Shown piece after piece: positions 36,306-48,894 of a DNA stretch of 64,000 nt. Each line of letters opens with the position of its first letter. Within the stretch, counting starts at the first letter, position 1. Made by a program: the position numbers and the translations under genes. Origin of the DNA: Octopus sinensis (Eukaryota). The stretch lies in assembly GCF_006345805.1 (NCBI RefSeq), contig NC_042997.1, forward strand, positions 199,516,001 through 199,580,000. The letters run 5' to 3'. Below the pieces are notes generated by a model. It was not told where the DNA came from. It ran no database searches and saw nothing but the letters and a program-made list of their open reading frames with translations.

Positions 36306-36454
36306 CTGGCCCTAGGCTCTTTACAGAGTGATGTGGACTAACCAAAACAGATCATCATCAAGGAGAATTTAATTACTACAAACAAACATTTTGATGAGGA
36401 ATTATGTAAATTATTTACATTTGACAGCTATTTGTCCTCATCTGGTTTGTTGTT

Positions 36455-36500
36455 AACACAATGTTTCGGCTGATATACCCTCCAGCCTTCATCAGGTGTC
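36455..36500 (-). ncRNA. Minimal type I hammerhead ribozyme motif
   Basis: Minus strand: gacac-CTGATGA-A-GGCTG..CAGCC-GAA-ACAT-T-gtgtt. Confidence 0.65.
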
Positions 36501-36756
36501 TTGGGAAAATTTCGAACCTGGGTTCTCATTCCTAAGGTACTTTTTGATATTATTATTATTATAATTATTCAGGTCACTGCCTAGAATCAAACTTGGACTC
36601 TTGGGGTTAAGAGCGTGGGCTACTAACCCCAAGATTCTGAGTTTGATTCCAAGCACTGACCTGAACAATAATAATAATAATTACAATAATAATAATAATA
36701 ATAATAATATCGAAAAATATCTTAGGAACGAGAACCCAGGTTCGAAATTTCCTCAA

Positions 36757-36802
36757 GATACCTGATGAAGGCTGGAGGGTATATCAGCCGAAACATTGTG
36801 TT
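36757..36802 (+). ncRNA. Minimal type I hammerhead ribozyme motif
   Basis: gatac-CTGATGA-A-GGCTG..CAGCC-GAA-ACAT-T-gtgtt. Confidence 0.65.
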
Positions 36803-37044
36803 GACAACAAACAAGATGAGAACAAATATCCATCAAATATATAAATAATGTAAATAATAAACATTCTGAATTATGTATTTTAAAAATAATTGCAGTACTA
36901 GAATGAGTCCATAAGGTTGGACACATAAAATAATAAAACTTGGGAGGATCATTTTCACACAGGAGACAGAGAATGTGCCTATTAAGATCAAGGAGAATAT
37001 GACAAATATGTGAATAGTTTTCACAGGCGTGCAACCACTCCATA

Positions 37045-37178
37045 GGTGCATAAGTGGTTGTGAGGGAGGTAGCTTGCTTACCAGCCACATGGTTTCGGGT
37101 TCAGTCCCACTGCGTGGTACCTTGGGCAAGTGGATTTGGTAGACGGAAACTGAAAAGAAGCCCGTCGTATGTGTGTGC

Positions 37179-37225
<47 letters not shown>

Positions 37226-37327
37226 AAGTACTAGGCTTATAAAGAATAAGTCTTGGGGTCGATATGCTCGACTAAAGGCGGTGCTGCAGCATGGCTGCAG
37301 TCAAATGACTGAACCAAGTAAAAGAGT
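37045..37327 (+). mobile_element. SINE family A with internal deletions and expanded (TA)n
   Basis: ggtttcgggttcagtcccactgcgtgg head; ...tcaaatgactgaaccaagtaaaagag tail. Confidence 0.8.
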
Positions 37328-38384
37328 TTGGGGCTGTGGAGAGTTTGAATAATGCAAGATCATTCTTGACCTGAATATACAAGCAAATTACTAAGGTGTT
37401 ACTAAAGTATATTCATGTAAATTTGAATTGAAAATAATTGCCATTGTTTAACTTTGGATTAATGTTTGTTTGATCATAACTGAGCCAAAGTATCCCAGCT
37501 ATGGAGCATGCCATCTTTCTTTTTGTACAGGCAATTCTTAACCAGAACTACATGCTACAATGTGTCTTGATAGGGGTATATTATTTCTTGCAACTCAAGC
37601 AATAATCTAGAAGTTCCCACATTGGATTTCAACAAGATTATTGTATGTAAAGAAAATTTTAAAATTGCATGGTTGAGGCTGTTGATATAAAACTGTATCT
37701 CTGGTTCATTGACAAGAGCTCAAACAAATGTGTCACTTGGAAAATGGTTGTTGGTTTTCTCTCTACACAGAAGTTAAAATTCCAGTGTCTTTATTACTGG
37801 TGACATTGATCATTTGTACAGCATACCTATGTGTTTATTTTATTATTAATGACATTATACACTTAGATACTTCATCCCTTTATAGTTAGAGCTGAAAATT
37901 TCTATTTTGAGATTTCACAACACACTTAATAAATGTAAACAAAGCTTAGTGAAATGCCAACAAAGTGAAATTGTTTCTCTATATATCTTGTGTATATTCT
38001 ATAACTTCTAAGTTTGATCAACGCAAATTTAAATCTTCAATATCTCTACTGCAATTTGGTGTTGAATGTTAATCTTCTCCAATGTTGAGCAAGCTCCTCA
38101 TGCTGCTGTTGAAGTTTTGAAGCACTTTTGAACTTTCAGTTTTCAATAATGCCATCTTATTACTTGCATAGTGGCTTATATTTTTAAATAAGTAGTTATG
38201 TGGAAGATGGCAATGAAGTCTTTTTTCATCCTGGCTATGTCCACCTTCTCTTCTATAACCTGTGTAGTCATATAGCTCAACAGCAAGAAACCTGTTCTGG
38301 CCCCTTTTTTCAAAAGCTGCCTTCCATTCAACTGTAACCACACTCACTTGAAGGAAATTGTAGTCATGCATAGCAACCTCACTA

Positions 38385-38575
38385 GGGCTGGTGCTATGGG
38401 AAAAAAAGCACTCAATACATGTTGTAAAGTTGATGGCATTAGGAAGAGCACCCACCTATAGAAACAATGCCAAAACAGGCATGGGAGTATGATGCAGTCA
38501 TCAGACCCATCAGATCTTGTTGAACAATCCAACCTATGCCAGTATGGAACATGGGAATTAATCAATGATGATGGT
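38385..38575 (+). mobile_element. Degenerate RTE-family tail
   Basis: gatggcattaggaagagcacccacctatagaaac...tccaacctatgccagtatgg...gatgatg. Confidence 0.6.
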
Positions 38576-40003
38576 AGGTACATTAGTTTACTGAAGGAAA
38601 GTGGATAAGTTATGCCACAGCACAATTTGAAGTAGGCCTAGAAAATAAAAGTCTACTTTAATTATTTACATCAAATATATGCCTTGTTGCAAGCAGCCTT
38701 ACCATTTTAATAGTTCAACAAATACTTCTAGGAATGATTATAAAATTGCTTTCAAAACAATATGTGGATGAAAGAGAGATTCACAACTCTGCCATTACTT
38801 CTATGCACCTAGCCATAAATTTATATCAAGTTCACAAATAAACTGTGATAATTATTCAGTAGTTAGAGATTCACATTTTTTTTTTTTTTTTCCAAGTGTT
38901 CTTTACACAATTTGTATAAATTTTGTTTTCATTATTCTCTTACTGATTCAGCATTTCCTATTCTCTGTTCATTTCCTATCCGCTGTTTCTAAACAGTGAA
39001 AATCTTCATTGGCTGCTACAGGAAATTCATTTCCTTCTCAGACGTACTAACAACAAATATAAAATTATATATTCAAAGAACATTTAGTAAAGAGGAAATA
39101 CAATTGGTCAAAGAGATTTACTTGTTCTTATACAGAAGCTTATTCAGATGTTAGATTTACAGCTCCCTTCAGTTCATTGTTGACGATCTTAGTAGGACAT
39201 TTCCGTTAAGTAATTGAGAGCAATACAGTATAGAGCAGAAAGCTGTGAGATCTTAGGATTAAAAGTATGCTAGAATAATCTGCTGTGAAAGACAGTAATG
39301 GAGCTGAACTTTGAAGAACTCTTCCGCTTCTTACTTGGAGATTTAACCGGATTATACTGAAGCAGACATCCAAGTAAGAGTCAAAGAAACAATAAACAGG
39401 AAGCTTGAACAAAAGTTTGGTTTCACTGTGCTTTGAAAGTATAAAAATAAGAGTAAGGTGAGATTAATATGTTAATCTCAGTGTATTTATGCTTTATTCT
39501 TACATTGGAAAATGGAGTTTAGCAATTTAAATACAAGAGTCTCTAATATTATCTTATTTGTATTTAAGAATAAATGTTGGGGATGATCAGGTAGTTTTAA
39601 TCTGTTTTTAATTTCAATGTAGAAACCAAAGCAGATCATTAAGATTTGGTTGGGATTATTGAAATAATCAGAAATTACATTTATCTTACAATCAGTGGCA
39701 AAAGGTTTCAAATTTAGTCTTATTAGCTTCATTGCTTCCAAATATTTGGCAGTAAATAAATGTCCTAAAAATTATTATTCTTGTTAAATTTTCAGAAATA
39801 ATTCTGATAGAAAGATATCACTGAAAATGAGTTTGAGCTTTACTTGTGAGTTTCGCAACTGCCTAGAGGATTTTTCTTTTTACTCGATAAGAAACGAAGG
39901 GATTCCAAAAATCATGGAATTTTATTCAACGGGATAGGGACGAATATCTTGGGTTATTTTCTCAATAAATATATCACATTTGTCTGTTTAAAAAGTCACA
40001 ATG

Positions 40004-40089
40004 CTAATATGATACCAATCTTGTTTTTTAACTCAATTTTTTTTATTTAAAAAAAATTGAGTTAAAAAACAAGATTGGTATCATATTAG
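40004..40089. repeat. Perfect inverted repeat, 41-bp arms, 4-nt loop
   Basis: 40004-40044 is the exact reverse complement of 40049-40089; loop ATTT. Confidence 0.95.
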
Positions 40090-40134
40090 AAAAAAAATTA
40101 CAATTTCTCAAAAAAAAATTTTTTTTTTTTACAG

Positions 40135-40209
40135 GTCATGAAGTGAAAAGGCCATGGAAACCAATATTAGAAGTAAATAAAGCAAAGTGGATAGAAATAG
40201 CAGCCCAAG
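40135..40209 (+). CDS. PDE1: PDE1 exon: (G)HEVKRPWKPILEVNKAKWIEIAAQ(D)
   Basis: Long poly-T acag acceptor, gtaaat donor, phase 1/1 fits; WxxxxxxNxxxW final helix of PDE catalytic domains. Confidence 0.88.
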
Positions 40210-40519
40210 GTAAATTGTAATTAATTGAGAAATGTTTTTCTTTCAAACAATAAGACATTGTAAGAAATAAATGCAATTGAAAAAATTACTTGAAACAACT
40301 TATGAGAACTTTAATTAGTGATAATAAAAGTAACATGTGTTTTTAATTAATTTGAAATGTAGTGTTTCATGGTCTTTCTACATAAATGCAATAAATCCTA
40401 TATATTTCTGAGAAACATCTTACATGTTTAATTATGTTTCTAAGTTTCATAATTAACAAAAAATATTTCTTGTACAAAATAATTAATATCAACAGAATTA
40501 ATATTAATACCAAAAGGTA

Positions 40520-41380
40520 ATCTTGATCTCAAATTAAATGTGGATGTTGTGTTAGAACACAAAATACTGCATTATTTACCTTGAGAGAAACTTTCATAAG
40601 GACTTGTAGTGTTTGAAAACACATGTAATTATTTAGTTGACAGACAAGAATAATTTGCTATGACCACCAGTACTGCCAGATCACATGATTTCACCCTACA
40701 ATGGGTTCCTCAGTGACAGATGTCCAGCAGAAGCACAACAATCAAATATCCAGTCAACAATATAAAAAAATCTCTGTGTCTATTTGAGCACTGATTTCAC
40801 AAATAACCAATGGTCTTATTAAGAAATAACTAACAGTGACAGAAATAATAATAATAACAGAAAGTAATATTGATCTCTAACATAACATGGATGTTGTGTT
40901 AGAACACAAAATACAGCATTATTTACCTTGAGAGTGTCTCTCATAAGAACTGATAGTACTTAAGGACTGGTGCCTGAACAGACACTTATATTCTTCTTTG
41001 TCAATGATATAATGACGTGTGCTTTTATGAGAGTGTAGTGTGATGGAGGAAAAGGACAACAGAAAAAGAAGCAATGGGAGAAAGAAATACAAAAGGCCTT
41101 ACTTTGGCGAAATCAGTGGTCACTCTGCACTCTTTGCTGGACCTGACCACACATGCTCGCTGACCATACGTGCTTCCTGCCCACGCATGCCCCTTTCACT
41201 CTTCTACCGGCCCCTACAAGCCTCATTTGCGCCCACCTCATCTGTCATCCTCTCCACCAACACCACATAGCTCATCACAGCCCATAACACTGCTAACACC
41301 ACAGAAAGTTTCTCTCAAGTTAAACAATGCAGTATTCTGTGTTCTAAAACAACCTCCACGTGAAGACGGAAATCAAGATT
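40520..41380. repeat. Three copies of a ~80-bp interspersed repeat: plus at 40520-40595 and 40865-40934, minus at 41304-41380
   Basis: Core tggatgttgtgttagaacacaaaatac.gcattatttaccttgagag is 46/47 identical in the two plus copies; a diverged reverse complement lies at 41304-41380. Confidence 0.85.
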
Positions 41381-41467
41381 GTATTTCTTGCACAAGTAAT
41401 TGCATAATTAACTAAAATATTTCTTGTCAAAGTATATACTTTAAATGTTTAACTTCACTATTTAAAG

Positions 41468-41658
41468 ATGCAGCGGAAAGAGCACTCAAGAGCTCATTAA
41501 GAGCAAGTTCTGAGCAACTTGATGCTGACAGGCCTGAAAGCGCTTCCGAGAAGACTAAGACGCCTCCTGACAGTGAGAATGTTTCACAAAAAGATGGTGA
41601 TTCACAAAGTAATGACAAAGCTGCACCAACAGTTTCTCAAAAAGAAGAGCTATGCTGA
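41468..41658 (+). CDS. PDE1: Probable PDE1 terminal coding exon: (D)AAERALKSSLRASSEQLDADRPES...VSQKEELC*
   Basis: AG at 41466-67 (in-frame alternative CAG at 41471-73), phase fits, open for 62 codons to TGA 41656-58. Assignment rests on frame and composition, not homology. Confidence 0.7.
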
Positions 41659-41809
41659 ACTTGCTTACAATGCTCTGATTACAATTTATGTACAGGCACA
41701 CACATACAAAGATGCACTCATATATACAAAAGTTAACTAAGAATAATACTGACATATATACATGTTTAATGTGGTTGTATAATAATTTTCAAAAGTCAGT
41801 CACACACAT

Positions 41810-41815
41810 ACATTT

Positions 41816-41852
<37 letters not shown>

Positions 41853-41924
41853 TGTATATATATATATATATATGCATGTATACATATATATATATGCATG
41901 TATACATATATATATATATGCATG

Positions 41925-41955
<31 letters not shown>

Positions 41956-42298
41956 GCATGTGTATATACATATATATATATATATATGCATGTATATATA
42001 TACACACACTCAAACACACACACACACATGCATACTTACATATACAAACACAACACACGTAGCTATAGTTTAACTAATGAATAGACACTGACATATTCAT
42101 TCATATTTCGTGTGTTTGTATAATAGTATTCAAGACATACACACCACATGCTCAAATGCATGAGTGTGAATGTGTCCACACACATTTGTATTTGTGTATG
42201 TATGTGCACATGTGTGCATATATAAATATATATACACGTGTATATATGTACATATATATAAATATATACATATATGTATATATACATGCATGTGTGTA

Positions 42299-42329
<31 letters not shown>

Positions 42330-42452
42330 GTACATATATATGAATATATATATATATACATATATGTGTATATATGTATGTACATATGTATACATATGTG
42401 TATATGTACATATATATATATGCATATAAATGTGTATATGTACATATATATG

Positions 42453-42497
<45 letters not shown>

Positions 42498-43400
42498 ATG
42501 GGTATATGTACATATATATATAAATATATATATATATACATATAAATGCGTATATGTATATGTACATTTATATATATATTATATATATATATGTACATAT
42601 ACACATTTATATATTTATATATATATGTACATATACACATTTATATATATATATTTATATATATATGTGTGTATATGTATATGTACATATATATATAAAT
42701 ATATATATACATATAAATGTGTGTATATGTACATATATATATACATATAAATGTGTATATGTACATATATATATAAATATATATATACATATAAATGTGT
42801 ATATGTACATATATATATAAATATATATATACATATAAATGTGTATATGTACATATATATATAAATATATATATATACATATAAATGTGTATATGTATAT
42901 GTACATATATATATAAATATATATACATATAAATGGGTATATGTACATATATGTATAAATATATATATAAATATATATACATATAAATGTGTATATATAT
43001 ATATGTACATATATATATATAAATATATATACATATAAATGTGTATATATATATGTACATATATATATATAAATATATATACATATAAATGTGTATATAT
43101 ATATGTACATATATATATATAAATATATATACATATAAATGTGTATATATATATGTACATATATATATATATAAATATATATACATATAAATGTGTATAT
43201 ATATATATGTACATATATATATATAAATATATATACATATAAATGTGTATATATATATATGTACATATATAAACAGATATATATATACATACATACACAT
43301 ACATATATATATATACATAATACATACATGTGTGTGTCTGTGTTTTTTATGTGTACGTTTGTAAGTGTGCGTGTGTGTATGTTTGTGTACAATGACCTCT
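41810..43400. repeat. Compound TA-rich micro/minisatellite
   Basis: Direct inspection; a ~40-50-bp unit recurs at 42560-43280. Confidence 0.95.
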
Positions 43401-45371
43401 GTACATTAATATATATACATACATTCATTCATATACATTTGAATATAACAAAGTAATACATGCCTTAGTGTTGAATCTGCCATCAGAACTAAGGCCATGA
43501 TAATTTCTCATCATGTGCCACAGTGTACCATTCTACTGCTAGCTTTCATTCTGAGTGTTGGATCCAACAGCATTTGCCTTAATGCTGGCCACAAAACATC
43601 CCCATATAATTCTTTTGCATTTTTTTCTCTTTTTATTTTTTTTCCCCAGATATTTATTCCATGAGAATCTAGAATCTTTCAGAATATAAGCATATAAATC
43701 AGGGCTTCACTTACATATCATCACATCAAGATCGATGTTACTGTCAATAGCATTCACTTGATCTATAATTTATTGTATTCTTTCAATTAAATATATACAA
43801 AGTCAATTGCCATTTATATACAAACTTTTAATATCTACTTTTATTTTTAAGAAATACCTAATAATTTTCATTTAAAAAAAAATTTTTATTCAACTATTTC
43901 TTTTCCTTTTTTTCTTTTTTAAACCTTGGATTCTATATATTTTAGCATATTTTCAGAAGATCATAAAATGAATGGTTCTGAAATAGAAGTTTTAGGAAGC
44001 ACTGCATTGCTGATCAAATACTTCATCAAAAAAAAAACTGTTAACAAATGGATTATATACGCTCAACAGGATGGCCAGGGATTTAGACTAGCTATATAAT
44101 AATTATGTTTGCACTTTATATATTTAAATTATCTAAATTTAACTGCTTTTTTTTTTTTAAATATAAAATTGTTTTTGTAACTTATAGCAGTAACAAAACA
44201 AATTTGTATCTATACATAAATATTCTTAAGTACTTGTGCTTAGAAATCCTGTTGTATAATTATTTCAGGATGAAAGTGAAATAGATCTCAGGATAAATTC
44301 TTTATCTGAAAATATTTGTTGATGAATGAATTGTCCCTAAAGTAAGGTAACTTCAAAAATAAACATTTATGTAAATATTATTTACATGAACCAGTTTTTA
44401 ATTAGTAATAGCTAATCTCTGAATTGACTTTAAAAATTATTTCTAATTATCTTACCAAGAAAATTCAACCATTTGATAAATACAGAGATATATTTATAGA
44501 ACATCTAGGAATTTCCATGAATGAATTTAGAAAGTTTAATTAATAGCATTCAGTAAAATCATCCTTTTTTTTTCATGAGTGCTTGTATGATTAGTTATTT
44601 AGATTAGATCAAAACATGTTTGGTAAACAAGATATGCAAAGGGAAATGAAAAGTAATAGACGTAATTTGACTAATTTTATTGCGATGGCTTTTATAATGG
44701 AAACATCACACGCATTGAAAATAAACTTACTTTCTGCTACTGTTTTCTTAAATTTACCATTTTCCCAAAACAAATGTGCTTATTTTGCATTATCAATTAA
44801 AACTTCATTTTTATCATCCGGTCTTCCATGAAATAGTTGCAATTAACCTGAACTAGATCCATAGCCTAAGTTCATAGCCTAAGATCCTTAGAAATATATA
44901 GAATATTTTGCATGTTTATTAAAACTACATCACTCTTTAAACAAATTTGATATACTTTCAGAAAACCATTTGTAATTTGAAAAAAATAATCCATCTTTTA
45001 ATCAACTAAATGTAATATGGTTTATTGCAGATGAAAACATTTTGATTACGGTTTAAAAATTATCATCGAAATGTAAGAAGTTTATTTCCTTTCTTTTCCT
45101 GTATTTTAGATAATTTGAAGTTCTTAGTATAAATAAGTTTCTGAAATATAATGAACTATGTAAGTGAAGCCCGTTGCCTTTTCCAGTCGAAATAAGAAAA
45201 ACTTAAACTTGGCAATGATAATCAATGACTTTGTAAAACAAAAATGTCAAATTTCTTATAACGAATGGTGATAAATAATTGTAAGCAACGACAAGTGTGT
45301 GTTTATAACTCACTCCTTTTTTTCCTTATGCATACATTCACACATACACAGTATATATATGTATATATATA

Positions 45372-45665
45372 GGAGCACTCCATCGGTTAAGATGATGAGG
45401 GTCCCAGCTGATACGATCAATGGAGCAGCTTGCTTGTGAAATTAACATGCAAGTGGCTGAGCACCCCACGAACATGTGTACCCGTAATGTAGTTCTCAGG
45501 GAGATTCAGCATTACACAGAATGTGACAAGGCTGGCCCTTTGAAATACAGGTAATACTCATTTTTGCCAACATGAAATAAAGTCTTTTGCTCAAGGATAC
45601 AATGTGTGGCCGGGAATTGAACTCACAACCTTACAATTGTGAGCCGAATGCCCTAACCACATATA
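45372..45665 (-). mobile_element. SINE family C
   Basis: Reverse complement of the host SINE at 17135-17697. Confidence 0.8.
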
Positions 45666-48600
45666 TACACTGTTGCATATGTGTTTGTATAGACATACAA
45701 ATGTGCATACACACATACACACATATATATATTTCTCTCTCTCTTTCTCTACACACACACAAATTCATACATTAATATGTACATGCATACATGAACATAT
45801 ATACAACAGAAACTAGGTGCTAGTTTGAAGATAGATATATCTGAATACACCATTTAGCAAAGCAAACCACCAATACTACTTTTGAAACCATAACAAATAC
45901 AGTTTGTATTTTATTCAAAATGTATTTTATTTTTCTCTATCTCTCTTAAACACACACACCCTATACCTCAATCGAAACGATATAAATATCTCATGGTTGT
46001 AACAATCAGGTGAAATATAGATATTGTGCATAATAGAATCATGTGTTTTCTTAAATTTAAATCTGTCTCCAACTGTGAATAATAATTTCATAATAATCAA
46101 CATTCATTCAAGCATTTGTGTGCCAGCTTACAGAAAGTATTTAACTGTATTTTATTCAAGGGAGACAACCTTATGTATTCCTATTTCCAGCATCACAAGC
46201 GAAATATAATGGCCTTATCTCATGACACATAAAGTAGTATTTACTATAATTTTTTTCTTTCTCCTTTCTAAAATCTTTTTAAAAAATAAATCATCGTTGA
46301 GGCAAACTATATGAATCAACTGAGTTTCAAGACATTGAATAGCAAATTATTTTAAAATCTAAATTATCAGCACACACACAGTTATTTAAGTGCTGTGATT
46401 TCTTTCTGTTATTCATCTGAGTTCCACAAATCCTCAATGATCATAACAGTTCTGTGATCAGCAAGGATTCAAAAACTATAAGCATCAAAAGAAGGTACGT
46501 CACTGCTGCATTGATATTTATCTTGCTTGTAAATTCATGCATATATATACATACATACACACTGGCATACATACACTCATTCTAGATGTAACCTAATATA
46601 TATAATATTGAAATTTATTTCTATTGAGTGTTAAATCTGAACCTCGGCATTCAATTTTACATAAGTGAGGAAGAAATTAGTAAATTATTTCATAGCACTT
46701 TATAAAAGTTTAGTTTGAGAGAAATTGCTTAATGTTTAGATTATATGGATAAAGACAACAGCAACAATGAGAATAATAATATTTTTTCTTTTACACAACA
46801 AAATATCAGTGATTTTAATTTTCATTCAGAAAACAAGTTATTAACCTAACTGTTATGAAGTTCCCAGACAGTACATGTTTGTGTGTGTTTTATGATTTAG
46901 GTTTCGTTGTAAAAGTTTATATTCATATAGAATCAAGTTCTAAAAATGTGTAAATTCCTATGACAGTGGTCCTTGGAGTGTAACCTCTTCTAATTATTTG
47001 GCATTTAATTTGTAAATAAGAAGTCTTATAAATAATACTTTTAAAGCTTTAACTTATGAAAGCTTAAATTTCTAGTTTTCTTGAAGTACATATTGTTTCT
47101 ATATGTAATGTCAATGATAGATTTGTTTCCAAGCAATCTTAAGTATTACTCTAAGATAGTTTTATGAAAAACAAAATTAAGTGATGGTTAAATTATTTCC
47201 TAGATAGATTGTGCCAAAACATTTTGTTTTAACACAGGTGATTTTAAATGTTAAACAATAAACTGTTATTTTCTTTACTTTAGGGAAACACATGTAGTAA
47301 AATGTGTTGATGGTCGCTCTAATTGCACAAAATTAGTAATCATCATTAGGTCGTATTCTCTTTAGAAAACCGAAAATTTCATCCGCTTCTAGAGTTGTAG
47401 TGATTACTTTTATAATATCTACCTTTACAGATATTTAAAATGAATAAACAAATTGAAAAAAAAGTTCCTTTAAAAAAATACTATTTGTTCAAATCATATA
47501 TTTTCAAATTTCAATTCCTTATAGTTATAGTCAGTTATAGAAAATAGTTATGTATAAAGTTCATGTGTCACATTCTATCTGCATTAAATGGATGTTTGTT
47601 TATATATATATATAATGTAGGTTAATTATCTGTTAAATTACTTGTTTATAATTGAAAAAAATATATGTAATAAAAAGAAAATTAGAACTTGTTACAGGCT
47701 TTTGAGAATATGATAGCAAATTGTTGTTTTTGTGGCAGTTTGTATATAAAACAGTAGCAAAATAAAAATAGAATCTGGATTTGAGTCTCAGATGGGATGA
47801 TTTCCATCACTGTCCTTAATAATCATGATCAATAAATTATCAAACGTATATATTGCCTTTAATGATCCTACTTATTGCAGTACTGTAAAATTGCTACAAT
47901 AAGTCTGTAGTCTTTATGTTTTAAAAACTATGAACTACTATTTTGAAGTATTTAAAATATAAGTACTACAAATTCAAAATTTTCTTTCCTATACACAAAG
48001 TTTCGTTTTCTTAAAAAGGAAAAAAGAAAAAAAAACACGAAGGCAGATTTTCACAGCTCCCTCCAACAACTTTACTGGCAGTGTTAATATTTTTGCAGTT
48101 TGTAGAAGCCTCATTTTAAAGAGAAATCATAAAAATCAATGTCAGAATTAAGTTAAAAAGTCCAACTAAATAGCAAGCAAAGACCTTTGTAAAATATTTT
48201 AATAGCCATGACTTGTTAGTTTGCTAGTTAGAATCTTGCCGAAGTCAACTTTGCCTTCCGTTCTTTGGGCAGGGGGTGTCAATAAAAAGAACCAGTCCTA
48301 GTTGGTGAACTAGCAGAACTGTAAGGACATTAGACAGAATCCCTTGCAGAATTTGTGCCAGTTTTTGCATTCCGAGTTGAAATCCTGCCATGGTCTGCTT
48401 GGTGGGGCAGACATAATCTGTTGCCTATTTTAGCACCATCATCTGGTCCTGGGGTATCCTTAGCAGAATCCACTCTGTTTAAGTATATCATCTTTCTTCT
48501 CTCCAAAAGTCTTGGAGGCCCTATTAATGAATGATAGGCATTGCCTTCCCTCCCAACTGTAAAGACTTAAAAAAAAATTATCTTCATTAATTTGTGTTTA

Positions 48601-48894
48601 GTCAAGATGACAAGCACCTTTTTACTCTTCCTCATATTTATTCATATTGATGTTCAGCTGCAATTAAGGACAGTGATGCACTTTATCTGTTGTCCAATTC
48701 AATACCACCACATGGGCCTAGTGAGTTTAAAGCCAGATCCTCAAGTTCACTTATGCCAAACTGTCTCAGAGGTCCTGTAAAGAGCTAAATTATAAAACCT
48801 GAGAGCATGATAAATGAGAATTAACAGGATTTATTTGCCAGTAATATGGCAACACATCCAAGTGAATCCAAAGATACAGTCTTCATTGATGCAT

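Larger units (their letters stand above)
36393..36855. mobile_element. Head-to-head inverted pair of the tRNA-head/(AAT)n/hammerhead element
   Basis: Minus arm 36393-36608 and plus arm 36605-36855 joined at shared GGTT; possible flanking duplication aaacatt (36384-36390, 36859-36865). Confidence 0.85.
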
